Part shown: positions 51,603 through 64,000 of the stretch, in pieces
Position numbering within the stretch: the first letter of the stretch is position 1
How the letters are laid out: every line of letters begins with the position of its first letter
DNA from: Lepidodermella squamata
Lineage: Eukaryota; Animalia; Gastrotricha
Length of the DNA stretch: 64,000 nucleotides
Assembly: GCA_047495785.1 (NCBI GenBank)
Contig: JBLDXI010000014.1
Coordinates: 434,001 to 498,000 of the forward strand
Direction: 5' to 3'
Program-made: the position numbers and the translations under genes
The notes under the pieces: model-generated
The model's database searches: none
Seen by the model: the letters and a program-made list of their open reading frames with translations, nothing else
Told to the model about the DNA's origin: nothing

Positions 51603-51985
51603 TAGAATGTAACATGACGTAGAATGTAGAGCGACAGATGACAAAAAAATGTGAACGGTGACCGAGGTGACCGAAAAAATGTCCATAAAAACCGGGTCGT
51701 TAATAATAAAAAAGATGAGTGAAGCTCCTATAAGCAGCTTTGCCAGAAATAAAAGCAGTGATGTGTGCAAACTCCAAACCCGAGTGGCCGGCTTTCTCAG
51801 TCGACAGGTCCAGTTGCTGCGCGAAAGGTTCGCCTCTGTCGCCTCTACACAATTTTTTATAATATAGCGACCTCCTTTAGCCATGTGACGTGCTATACGT
51901 CTATACGTTTACTTCACTTGCCATCAGCCTTCTAGCGCTGTTGTTAGTGAATTAGATGCCTATGCCGATTATCTGACGGTTGTCG

Positions 51986-52500
51986 GTGCCGACGCCAAGT
52001 TCGCCGAAGCCGAGCGGCACACCCAGGCGGAAATTTATCGCGTCTCCGAATGAGCATAATATATGAGGCGGCAACAATATAACGCCTCGAAGAGTGAAGT
52101 ACTCGCCTTTTCGCGTGAGTGGTGCCATAGGGCAGCGCCGCACTCGGGCCGTTGGGCTCGGGCCTCTGGAATCAAGCCATCGGGCTTGGGTAATTCTACA
52201 ACCAACTCCCTACCCGACAACTGTATCAAGTCCCAGCCCAAGCCCGGCGGCACGAGTACGGCGGGCACGAGCTTCTAACAATAGCACTGGTTCCCACTGT
52301 ACTCCGCCGTGCTCGTGCCAACATTTTGGCCGTCCCGTGTGCGGTGAAGCGTTATTCTATCGAATTAGTTAAATTTATAGTAATGTCGCATACGGGCATG
52401 TTTTAGAGTGGCCCGAGCGCGAAGCGGTAAATCAATGTTACTCGTCTGCGGTCGGGCCGGCCCGAACGCGTACGGGCAGAATTCGGATTCGGGCCCCAAC
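51986..52500 (+). other. GC-rich chain of hairpins (candidate structured RNA or non-autonomous element)
   Basis: Stems at 52176-91/52236-51, 52249-65/52303-19, 52334-46/52384-96, 52410-16/52452-58, 52459-66/52488-95, plus shorter ones upstream. Confidence 0.55.
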
Positions 52501-52946
52501 AATTGTTTCAAAATCTCTTACCGGAAGTTGCTAATCTCGGCATTCTGAACCTAAATGAATGCAAGCATAATTTACACGTGAGCCAAATTCAAAGCAAAAT
52601 GTAAAAGGTCAGGTAAAGTGGCATTTAGGTCATTTTTAAGAGATTTTTCAACTATTTTAGTGGAAAAATCTAAATATTTGCCCGCATCGCTCGAATTAAT
52701 TGGTTCAAATTATATTTTCACCAAAGCAGCAGAGATGTTTTCTTAGCTTAGACACATCTTAGACACATCATAGACAAGCCAAAATTGACCCTATTGGCAT
52801 ACACCATTTATCAAAAATATGAGACAAGCATCAAACGCATGATGGGCGAAGTTGAGTTGTATTTCCTATCAATGTGAGCGTTCATTTATTTCACTATAAC
52901 ATCTAAATTCATTTATTTACGTTTCTACGTTTCATTTTGGTTATGT

Positions 52947-54953
52947 TCAAACAACCGATGTCTCTAGTGCTTTTTCTTCAGTGTATCTTGGGTGTTGGTT
53001 AGGAACAGGGCCTTGATCGTTCGAAACACGTGATTGTCGCATAGGTGTCACTTCACCCAAATCACATCCCATGTCCTCGTAGATCTCGCGAAGGTTTCGA
53101 TTTTTCGTCTCAGGTAACTTCACAAAGAAGAATATGAAGAAGCCAATTGAAATCGCCAAGAACGGCAGAAAAGACAAGTAGTCTATGTATCTCTGTTAAA
53201 TCAAGTGAATAATGCGGTGTAAATTCTGAAGTACTTCAACTTACGTAGAACACGTTTTCAAATAACAGAGCGACGATAAGAACGGAGACAAAATTTGTTG
53301 CAGCTGCAACGCTAGACGCACTCGCCCTTGGCCCCGGCGGAAACAGCTCAGCAGCAGCGAAAATTGGTACAGTTCCTAATCCAAGGGCAAACCCAGTGAC
53401 TAACAAACCCGTGATGACGACTGAAATCCAAGACAAAACGGCTTGGTTGTCATCGTTGACCAGAGCGAGACTTATTACCAGCCCGGTAGTGGAAACGATG
53501 ACCGAACCGAGAGAAATCAAAGTCAACAGTCTTCGCCCAACATTTTCGATAAGCAGTACCGAGACAATCGTGGCAGCCACATCTACTGCAGACATTATCA
53601 ACGCCGCGTAATCGATTTCTTCACCTTCAAAGCCAGCCTGGTCAAAATCGAATATGTGATGTGGTTGCTTATCGGCGGTTTCACTTACACTTTGATAAAC
53701 GGTAACAGCGAAAAAGAAAACTATGTTGATGCCACTGAGCTGCTGTGCGGCATTCAGCCCAGATGCTAGGGCCAAGGGCAGTCTGTAAGATCGTGTTCTG
53801 AATAGCCGGATGAGGCTCCAAGATGATGCCTCCCCGGCTGCAGCAGTTTCGCTAGCCACTTCCTCCTTCATATCGGCAAACTCTTTGGTCACGTCGGCTT
53901 TCGAAGTTAACCGTCTAAGATTTCTGTTAATTGTTAATTCAGTTATTAATTGAAAAATCGTTAAATGAAGAAATACTTCTCTGAGCGATTAGCATCTTTC
54001 TTAAATGCAAGAAGCCATTTGGGACTTTCAACCGCAAATTCTGTACAAAACAAGTTATTGAATTGATAAAAAAACAGCCGTATAACTCACTGGTCATCAA
54101 CATTATTGCTGATATCATGCTGAAGAAGCCAATGGCTGAGACCCCAATAGGCCAATACTCTACAGGAAAGCTATAATTTAGAGATAATCTATACCCGGTA
54201 CAAATTAATCAAACCGTAGGATCCCAAAGTTTTATTCAAGGTGAAGACGTTTGACATGAAAATTCCAGTCACCAACATCAATTGGCCGCAGGCACCAACA
54301 GCTCCGCGGAGACGTTGCGGGCTTATTTCAATACTGTACATGGGAGAAATAGCCATGCAACAACCTTAAAATACAGTAACAAGTTTTACTCTTAAAAAAA
54401 CTTAAAATTAATAGGATTTTACCTGCACCGAAGCCGATGAAGAGGCGACCTAGCAGTAGAAGCTCAAACCTGTTCACAACCTTGCAAATGGCGATAGCAA
54501 CCGAGCCGAGGACAGTGAAAAGTTGGGTCATCATTATCGAGTCGCGTCTTCCGAATCGGTCTGTCAGCTTCCCGGCGGTGAGGCTAGAGATTGCCCCTCC
54601 ACAGGAAAACAGAAGAACTGCAACAGAGTAGAGAGCGGTTGTCCAGACTTCATCTTTTTCCGTTTGCCCATCGACAACACCGTAGTTGTCATATAATGAC
54701 TGCTTGATAAAATCCTTTATCCTCTGCAGGAAATTTTGTTGAGCTAGGCAAAACTCATTTTTCGTGGAAACTAACTCTTGAAGGAATGTTGAGGCAGCCT
54801 ATACTCCAGCCAAACACAAATGGCCCTCCAATGAACGCCGCCATGGCCGTGAAAACTAAGCGGAAGGTCACAAGCTGCAAAATTAATCGGCAAAGAAATA
54901 TAAACAGTATATTCAATTGATCAGTATTAAGGCACCTCAAAAATGTGCGGCAT
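52947..54953 (-). CDS. SLC2/GLUT-like sugar porter, copy 3
   Basis: 'GGPFVFGWSIGCLN', 'PMYSIEISPQRLRGAVG', 'ESPKW', 'QQLSGIN', 'ENVGRR', 'LPETK'. Confidence 0.88.
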
Positions 54954-57825
54954 TTGAACCTCAGGATCCTTTTCTCAAAAGGATGTTGATTCGATTTATG
55001 GGATGATCCGTCGGTGGAAAGGTAAAACGGAGAAATTTTAATCAATAGAAACTTCCTAAAATAGAAACATCCAGCAGTGGCAAGTTAAATTCGTGGAAAG
55101 TTCCGTGCACACAATAGGTTAATGTGGACATTTCCGACACGCGCCGCAGTTTAAACGAAATTACCTCAACTGTTTGCCTCTTGTGAACGATTTTGGTTCA
55201 ATTCGGTCGGCATCCATTGTTGCTGTGCCAGTCCTACCGAACAAATAATTTCGTTGAGGGCTGGATAAATCGTGTAGCTCGAGTCGTCCACCTTAACGTT
55301 TGGAGGTTCACCAATCTTCAGGGAGGAGAAGATTACTATTAGGTGCCGCCTGGCTCGTGTAGGTGCTAAAAACAAAGTGCAGCAAAAGCGCGTGCACGAG
55401 AAGGTTCATCTAAGAATAACGTCGCTTTGGAGAGATTTAGCCGAGGGGCGGGTCGGCTATATGGACTTCTTGGATACTTTTAGCTTGGCTGAGCTAAAAG
55501 AGAAGCGTCCCAATGATCTTCCCATGCCCCATCGAGATTCGGCAATATGAAAATTTCGTCCGCAATCGAGTGCGCGTGTACTAATCCTGAATTTTTCACG
55601 TGACCACTTAATACGAGTAGCATGTCCAGGAACCCATGCTTTATTACTTATTTACACGTCTCTTATCATCTGTAAATAAAGTAGGGCATGCGATTTCGAA
55701 CATCACAAAACATGTTGTTTTCCGCCCTTTGCCCCAAGATAAAAGCACCGCTTCAGTATCAGTTTTTCTTTGACCGAATTTATTTTCAGCGTTATCATGG
55801 TCAAGTGTAATAAATAACCTCAAGGATGTTCCAATTAAGCGTAACCTTCATTTTGAGACTTTTGCCGCTCACCTATGGATACACCTTTAATTAAGCGTAA
55901 CCGCATAGCTGAGTTCATATTTCAAATAGCAAGTCGAGTAACGGGTACTACGTATTTATTCGCAATATTTCGATTCCTCAGCCACAAAAAGTTATCACAC
56001 AAATACTTAGATATATTATTATTTCTACAGATCCAGTTTACACACTAATCAGCTGTTATTTTTTCAGAGATTCTCGCGTTCTCTGTTATTTCAGAGAAGA
56101 TTCTCGCCTCAAGTGTGCTTCCAAAAAAGTGTGAAGAAGTTGTGAAATAAAGTCACTCACTCAGTATTATGGTTAGCCCACCGCAAAATCTTTCAAATAG
56201 GGTAAAAAATGGCGATTAGCCAAACAAATAACAGGCGTCGCGCTATATACCAGAAAACAGATACACACGAGAAGGTTTTCCTGCCGAGAAACAGTCTGAG
56301 TTTACGCGCTTTCATCGTCAAGTCAATACATTCACGCGCTCATCTTATAGAGAGGCGACATCAGAGGTCTATTCTATCAACAGAAAAATTTATAAAACAG
56401 GCGTGTTTTCGCGACAGCCGCCGAAGAAATGACCGTATACAAGCGTAGAATAGACAACACAGCTGTGTTCACAGAGTATGTAGCATTAGGTCACATCATG
56501 ATCTTTTGACGCTGCTTTTACACTGCAAAATAGATTTGTAATTTCACACATTTTAGCTGCGAGTGCTCAGTGGACTGTGTCCGTCAGGTATATTATAGAT
56601 AACCCGGCCGGTATAATAGAATCGAAGCATGAAATGGCGTAAATGTATGAAACAGGTAAAAGAGCGAAACCAGATTGCGAGTGCAGCTCCGGAGCCGCAA
56701 CCCACACAAATGCGGAGTCTACTTTGGCAGCCCGGTGAAAGCTCATCGCTGTAATCTCGACTCCTGCAACATGAAAGGCAGGCAGCAGGCACGCACAAAC
56801 AAACGCGAACACACGCACACAGATTATTAGAAGCAAGTATTCCGGGTAGTATGTACAAACACGCGGTAGTTTGGCTATAATATAGGTAGGATGATTGTGA
56901 AGATTGGCCAAATAATTATTACACCGTTGCGTTAGTTGATGGGAAGTAAAAGTGCGTTTGAAATACAGTGGTTTTTCAATGGGTAACAGCCGCCATCAAT
57001 ACATCGATGCGTCGAAAGAAGAACACGGGTCATATAAAGAAATCGTAATAATAATCATACAAATGTCAAGGAAAAATAGAGAATGATCAGCGTGATTTAG
57101 AGACTTTAACAAAGATAAACCAAACGTTATTTCTCATCAGAAAAATTAGAGATTTTTAGTTTTTATTATGTGTCATTAGATTCAAAAAGAGATTCTCTCC
57201 ATAGAACAACAAAATTATTTCTAAATTTGAACAGTATTAATATCTCCGAAGTGAGCAATTTACGTAACTAGGAGGTGATGAGGGAAGTTTGTTCGTCTAA
57301 TTATTACTGTTATATATTATTTAAATCGATTCTCGATGGTGAGATGATAAAGCCAATAATATCGGAGATTGCTTGCAGTAACATTATTAGATTCAGGTGT
57401 AGCTCGGCTGGTGATTTTTAAGCTCATTTGGCACTTCCGACGTTGCTTATTGTCACGCGACTGGATTCTTTTCCTTGTCCGCAGCCAAGAGACGGTGGCC
57501 TTCCTCCTGAAAAAAATGAAAACATATATTAGGCATTGAAGTTTATATTTTAATGATATTGGTTAGAAAGATGGGGTGGAGTTAATTAGAATGTAGGTTT
57601 CTCTATCTACTATTGGATTCCCATTGGATTTGAAGTCCGATGAATTTATTGCACGATAGCGAGAAAGCATCATTTTCCACAGGTCTGAGACTAATTCTTT
57701 CGTTTTGACTAGAACGAAAATTGTATAAAAAAATAGTTGGGGGACTAGAAATTGTATTCCAGAGGTCAGGGTTTTTTCATGTTCGACAAACGGATCCGGA
57801 GCTTGCGTGTCCCTCATTAAATGGC

Positions 57826-60034
57826 TTAGACTGTTGTCACGTTATTAACAAGTGGAGCAATAGAGTGAACAGCGGAGGACACGGATATTTGGTCCGGATT
57901 AGGCTTATACCGCACGGCGGTAGCACGCACCATTTCAATATTTCCAGCCGGTGCCCGGACGCCTGAGTCCGACTCAGAGACGCCGAGTTTCTCGTAGATC
58001 TCCGAGACTGATTTGCCTTTAGTTTCAGGCAGCTTGACCCAGAATAAGATTAAAAATCCGGTCGTCAGAATCATGAACGGTAACAGCGATAATTTATCCA
58101 AGAAATACTAAACAAAAATGTGTGAAATATTAGTTTTAATGAAATCCATCAACAACAAAAAACATACTTGGATGACATTTTCGAAGAGTAAAGCGACCAG
58201 TAGCGTACCAACCAAGTTGACGACACCACCAAGAGCCATCGCCGAAGCACGAGGCTCCGGACGCAGGACTTCCGAGCCAATAAAAAGCGGAATTGGCCCA
58301 AGGCCCACGGCGAAGCAGATGACATAAATGACCATGCATCCTGTGTAAAATACATATATCAAAAGTGTGCGCACGTGATTAATCGTCTCGTTTGAAATCT
58401 AATTTGCCGTATTATTGATCGCAGTTCATCGCATGTGTGTTGCTTTATTTTCTCGCGCATAAGAAGTCTCGAAAAATAGCGCGCCCACGCTAGCGTGAAT
58501 TACCCTGAAAACGGACGAAATAAAGATGAACTAACCGATACACGCGTAAGACATCCATTTGCGATCGTCGTCGTTTTTCAAAGACAATAAAACTACTTCC
58601 AAGCCCATCATCAACACCATACCGACCATGGGGAAGAGCAGCAGAGGTCGGCGACCAAGCCTGTCGATGAGCCAGATTGATACGATAGTGGCAAGAACAT
58701 TGACTCCGGAAACCGTTAGGGCAGCATAACTTATAAGCTTGCCCTCAAGACCAGCCTGTGTGCCAAAAATTGAAATTAGTCCGAAAATTAGTCAGTCGAA
58801 AGCGAGTAACAAACCGATCTATATAAGCTCTCGGCGAAGAAAAATACGACGTTAATACCAGAGCATTGCTGAGCAGCGTTAAGAGCAACGACAAAAATGA
58901 CTGGCCAACGTAGATAACTTGTTTGGAAAAGGCGAACATAGCCCCATTCCTCTTGCTGGCCACCAGGAGTCTTAGAAACCACTTGGGACTCAGCCTTGAT
59001 CGACGCGGCGTATTCGTCAATGTCTGCCCCAGACAAACCGTAGAGACGAGCGATGGCTCTAAAATTGTATGAATTTCATGCTAACATGAATCCAAAAAAT
59101 ATTCAACTGACTTCTTGCCGGCATCATCGTCTTTCTTGATGTTTAACAGCCACTTCGGACTTTCGACAGACCAGGGCAGCAACAGCATCACAATAGAAAT
59201 GATGCTGAAGATTAACATACTAGCAGCACCAGCAGGCCACAGCTGCTGAGTTCCAAGAGTATCTTCTAAAATGAAGCAGGTGGCAACAAAAATGCCGATG
59301 GTGATGAAGAGCTGAGAACAGGCGGCAACGGCACCACGGACATGGGCAGGAGCGATTTCATTAGCGTACATCGGGACGATGGCGAAGCAGGCGCCTGAGA
59401 ATATTATTTAAACTCTGATATAGCACGTCAAGTAATTCTTACCTGCTCCGAGACCCACAAAAAATCGAGCGGCCATAAGTAATTCCAGGCTGCCCGCAAT
59501 CTGACACACACCGTACAGAATCGCTCCGAGGACTCCGACGGTATGCATCAACAAAACTGACTTCTTGCGACCAAAGCTGCAACAAAATTGATTATAAATA
59601 AATGCACCAGTTATTATTCCACAACTAACTGGTCAGCCAGTTTTCCGGCAAAGAAAGCACCAATGGCTCCACCAACGGTGTACAGCAAAGTTGCGAGTGA
59701 GAACAGGAATTTAACCTGAGCATCACTGAGACTTGTCCCATAATGATTGATTGCAGACTCATTCATGAAGGCCTTGATATAAGGGCTCGTAACGGACATA
59801 CATGTTATGTTCCTGCAATCGATTCAATATTGTTAAATATAGTTATTATCGCCGAGAAAATATAAACTTACCAGCCAAAAATAAAGGAGCCACCAATAAA
59901 TCCAGCCAGGCCGGTAAAAACAAGAGTGAAAGTAATCGGCTGCTTCTGTTGCACACAAATAGCACATCTCATTATCGATTCTTCAATAGCAAAGCTCTCG
60001 GAATTACCTTCTGTGCCTTGAGTTCTTGCTCCAT
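57826..60034 (-). CDS. SLC2/GLUT-like sugar porter, copy 4
   Basis: 'GGSFIFGW', 'PMYANEIAPAHVRGAV', 'ESPKWL', 'QQCSGIN', 'LPETKGKS'. Confidence 0.88.
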
Positions 60035-61914
60035 GGCAAAGCACTCCAAATAAATCTACCTAAACAATCAGATCTGACAATGAGACACTGACCAACTCAG
60101 GTTGAATTAACAATTAAAGGTTAAAGGATGCTACAAGAAATCATAAAATGAGTAGTTACGGGACTTCCGACAGGATGGGAACAACAAAATCAAGTGGACT
60201 AGAGCCCAGAGCTCCAAAAAAACGGTAATATAGTATTAAGAAACAGATTCAAGGGTTTAGCTGCTAGGGTAACAAGACTTGGCCAGTTTCGCCCCGCTAT
60301 GACATGAAAATCTCCCTTTTTCGATTGTTTAGGATGGTTTGGGCTGGAGCCACGAGCTATCAACGCGCTAATATTCGCTGTTGGATGTAATCTGCTCATT
60401 GAAATAGTCAATAACCGACGTAATAAAGGAGAAAATGGAATCTGCGTCATGTTTTGTAATAAAAGGCGAGAGAAAGTTTTCAGTTTTTGAAATTGTCTGA
60501 CCGGTTACGAGACAGTAAATCATTTGTAGAGAACCGCTGAATTGCCAAAGACTCAGATAATCATTTCAGAACCGAGAGTTTCAAAATGTCGTTAAAACGT
60601 AGTAACTGGAACTACGGACAAATTTCGAAAGTCGGTAGCGCCGCTTTCACCTTTCATGCCAGCATAAGGCTTAAGGCTTAAGACTTTAAACTTTAACCTG
60701 GATTCGGCCATCGACCCTCGATACATATCGATGGATCAGAGACTGACCCCTGATGAGCCACACCCGTCAGTTTGAAAAACCGCCGTTTGCGTGAAAAACA
60801 TAAAATTAATAATTTAAAATTAAGAAACTGAAAGAAATGATTTATTAAAAAACATAAATGATAAACAAATTTTCAATAAAAATATAAAATGCGCCGCAGT
60901 ATTTTAAGGTGATTTTTTCAGGTTTCGATGTCGCAAAATCAAACGCTCAGAATGAGGCGATCCATGAGGCGATCAGGGCCCTGATTATGAGACGCGCTGA
61001 TCCTGTACGTGACGAGACGGGTGTAAAAATCATCTATTAAAGTTCACGATGCGATATTCTTTTTTTTCAATTCTTAATCTGAAATCTGAAGATTTCTTTC
61101 CTCTCCTCAATCGCGGGTTTCTTGGTGCTAGTTAATGGAATGATTGATCTCCCCCAATCCAATCTTTTGATAACCCGAAGATCCCCAGAGGCCAGCCGCC
61201 GAAAGCGAACAGAACAGTCTCAGCCACCGTGGGCCAGTGTTTTTCAAAACCCTGCTAATCCACTTCCATTGCTCACAACATCGGCGAGTTGATCTCAACA
61301 CCTACGACAGCAGCCCTCCAACAGGGGAATGTGGAATCAAGGCATACGCCACCGCGAATGACTGCAGACAGCTTGTTTATAGATAGTTTGTTGTTGATAA
61401 TTCATCTCACTTTGTCGTTGACTTAACGAAACGGCACAGACAAATCTAACGGTTTCTATACGCTGTTTTGATATTAATTTTTCAAGTCAGCAATGCCCAT
61501 TAAATAAATAAATAGATAGATAAAGCCCGAAGATGAACTCGTATTCACCGGGAAGAGGTTTGCTTGCCACCTTTCCACTTCATAGGCATCCTTTTGTTGG
61601 AAGATTGCCTAACAGCGAATCACACGTTTATTTAGCATTCGATTTCAACTTAAAGCCTCTTGGAGGCACAATCATGACTATTGAATGGCTAGATGTCGCA
61701 AAGATGCGATGAAAAGAAAACCAGCTGGCTTTAGCCTCGTGTAAATTCAAATCGAAATCGAAGCAAGCATCCAATTAGCCTCTTCTACGCGACATAAAAT
61801 AAAATTATGGTCATCAAGAAGCTATTTAAGCCCCAGCTGCCATCACAAGCCAAAATCATTCAGCTTACTTGCTAATATTTTATAACAGCAATCCGTTCGA
61901 TATCTCTCTAAAAA

Positions 61915-63257
61915 ATGGTCGTTTACAGCACCAGCATGCCAAAGCACGTCCCAATCGTCGAACACAAAGGGCAGTGGTACATCAAGCTGAACGATGGCAG
62001 CGAAATGCCCATGGTTGGTTGTGGAACGTGGCAAGAAAGTGACGAGGTCGTTGAGCGATCGGTAACAACTGCTATCAAGAACGGATACCGCCTAATCGAC
62101 ACTGCTCGTGATTACGAAAATGAAGGCGCAATCGGAAAAACTCTTGAGAAGCTCTTCCGAGATGGCACGGTCAAGCGAGAAGATCTCTTCATTACAACAA
62201 AGCTGTGAGTTCGGTCAATCTACCTTTACTTTTAACAATTTTTTATATTTAAAAGGCATCCATCAAACATGGCCGAAGATGAAGTGGTACCTTCTTTGAA
62301 GGCTCAGCTGGCGAAGTGAGGGACTAATTATTATCAAGTTTTTATAAAATTCTTAATTGTTTTTTAGTTTGAAACTGGATTATGTCGATTTGTTTCTGAT
62401 TCACTGGCCCATGACTTTCATTAATGATGGCAAGCGGCTTCAGGTTTGAACTTTATTGTATGAGAATGCGCTCTGAAAAATATTTTCCAGCCAATCGATC
62501 CAAAAAGTGGTCGCTATCAATACGACTACACGCGGCACTACACCAAGACTTGGAGGGTAAACATTTTGCAAACTCTTGCCACTAATTTTTGCATTCACTT
62601 TGTATATCTTTGAAGGGAATGGAAGCTTGTGTTCGCATGGGCATGGCACGTTCTATTGGGCTTTCCAACTTCAACGTTCGTCAAATCGAGGATGTTCTGT
62701 TGCGGGCTACGATTCGTCCGGCCGTTCTCCAAATCGAATCGCATCCACTGCTCAACAACCACGAGTTGATCGAATGGTGCCAAGATCGCAACATTGCTAT
62801 TACCGCTTACTCTCCGTTTGGCAACCCCGGTTCCCAGTTGGCTCCAAAGTATGTTTCTTTTGAAAACTTCGTCTTTATTGAAATTTGAATTCTCCATTGC
62901 AGAGATTGTGATAAGGAATGGCCCAATTTGATTCAAGACCCTGGACTGAAAGCGATCGCCTCGAAGTACCCGAATCACACTACGGCCAATATCATGCTGC
63001 GCTGGCAATTGCAACGCGGTGTTTCTGTCATTCCGAAAAGCGCCCACGAAGATCGCGTCAAGAGCAACTTCAACGTCTACGATTTCGAACTGACGCGCAG
63101 TGAAATGGACGCGCTCTACGCTATGGACCAGAATCTAAGAACGTGTCCTTTCACTTTTGCTGGAAATTCTTCTAGCCGCGACTATCCGTTCGACGAATAC
63201 CGCGATAGCGATCCTTGGAAGGAAAAATCCGCCGAAAATCGCCAGACTGCTCGTTGA
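61915..63257 (+). CDS. Aldo-keto reductase (AKR1-like), copy 1
   Basis: 'MPMVGCGTW', catalytic tetrad D (LIDTA), Y, K (TTKL), H (LIHWP), 'SIGLSNFN', 'AYSPFG', 'VIPKS'. Confidence 0.92.
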
Positions 63258-63525
63258 AACTAACATCGATATTACCGAATCGATTCCAAATGACTAAAAA
63301 TTAATCCTCATCTTTTCCCATGTCTAATCACAGCATGAGTTTCTGCTGATAAATTTTCTGCAACTTGACTTTGATACTGGAATTGCAATAAACTATAATT
63401 CAGCTTGCAAATGAGTGTTTTGCGATATAGTTCAGATGGTCGCGTGCTTAAAAAATAGCAGCCTCCCTTTCACGCTTTCACGCTAATTCATGCGACTCAT
63501 TGAAAAGTAAAGCAAATTAATTCCC

Positions 63526-64000
63526 ATGGTACTTAACCAAGCTTTTGCTTTGCTGCGTTCCGCTAGAATTAAGGTTCAACCGAGCCGTCTTTTAAGCAAT
63601 ATGGCATTTAGTTACCATTCAGTTAATGGCCAGTTATACCTTGAACTAAATTCTGGTCACAAAATGCCTATGATCGGTCTGGGAACTTGGCAAGCAAGTC
63701 CTGATGTAGTTCGCAAAGCTGTTCGGGATGCGGTGAGCTTCCACTCATATATTTCCGGCATTTTTTAAAAGTGATGAAACAGGTTCATGCTGGCTATCGT
63801 TTGATTGATTCCGCTTACGGTTACGGTAACGAGGCTGCTATTGGCGAAGAGCTTGAAGCGTTGATCAAAGAAAACCGGGTCAAAAGAGATGAAATTTTCA
63901 TCACGACAAAGCTGTAAAATTTATTAGTTGTATGCACGATCATTATTTGTATTGTCTCAACAATTAATCTAGACATCCCAAGTTTATGCAGCGTGACGAT
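63526..64000 (+). CDS. Aldo-keto reductase, copy 2 (5' part; runs off the window end)
   Basis: 'LNSGHKMPMIGLGTW', 'GYRLIDSAYGYGNEAAIG', 'RDEIFITTKL'. Confidence 0.88.

Noticed and set aside
60740-60780. CTGATGAG...GAAA hammerhead-like core (also CTAATGAGGACGAAC near 51228)
   Set aside because: No stem II or flanking stems in the required geometry.

Overview
This is gene-dense animal (eukaryotic) DNA, not prokaryotic. Most introns are about 50-60 nt GT-AG, and the motile-cilia genes EFHC2 and DAW1 are present. The organism cannot be named from the sequence. Genes in order: 5' part of an ionotropic glutamate receptor; a mosaic secreted EGF-vWA-CCP-Cys-repeat-i-type-lysozyme protein; a small mucin-like membrane protein; MED11; FMR1/FXR; EFHC2; a convergent pair of galaxin-like secreted proteins; DAW1; eIF2B-alpha; FUN14; an RS-rich ZC3H13-like protein; four secreted 'split-WAP' proteins (two with Gly-Met/Gly-Tyr repeats); SCO1; TFDP; NOC2; four tandem SLC2/GLUT-like transporters; and two aldo-keto reductases. 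Most notable: (i) a four-gene family whose WAP-like domain is interrupted by a long linker, with a furin site in three of four, predicting disulfide-linked two-chain proteins; (ii) operon-like gene runs with unpaired splice acceptors, suggesting polycistronic transcription and SL trans-splicing; (iii) two intergenic segments with extensive G-U-containing pairing on the + strand, candidates for unannotated structured RNAs. Exon boundaries were assembled by eye and family calls come from recalled motifs, not database searches.
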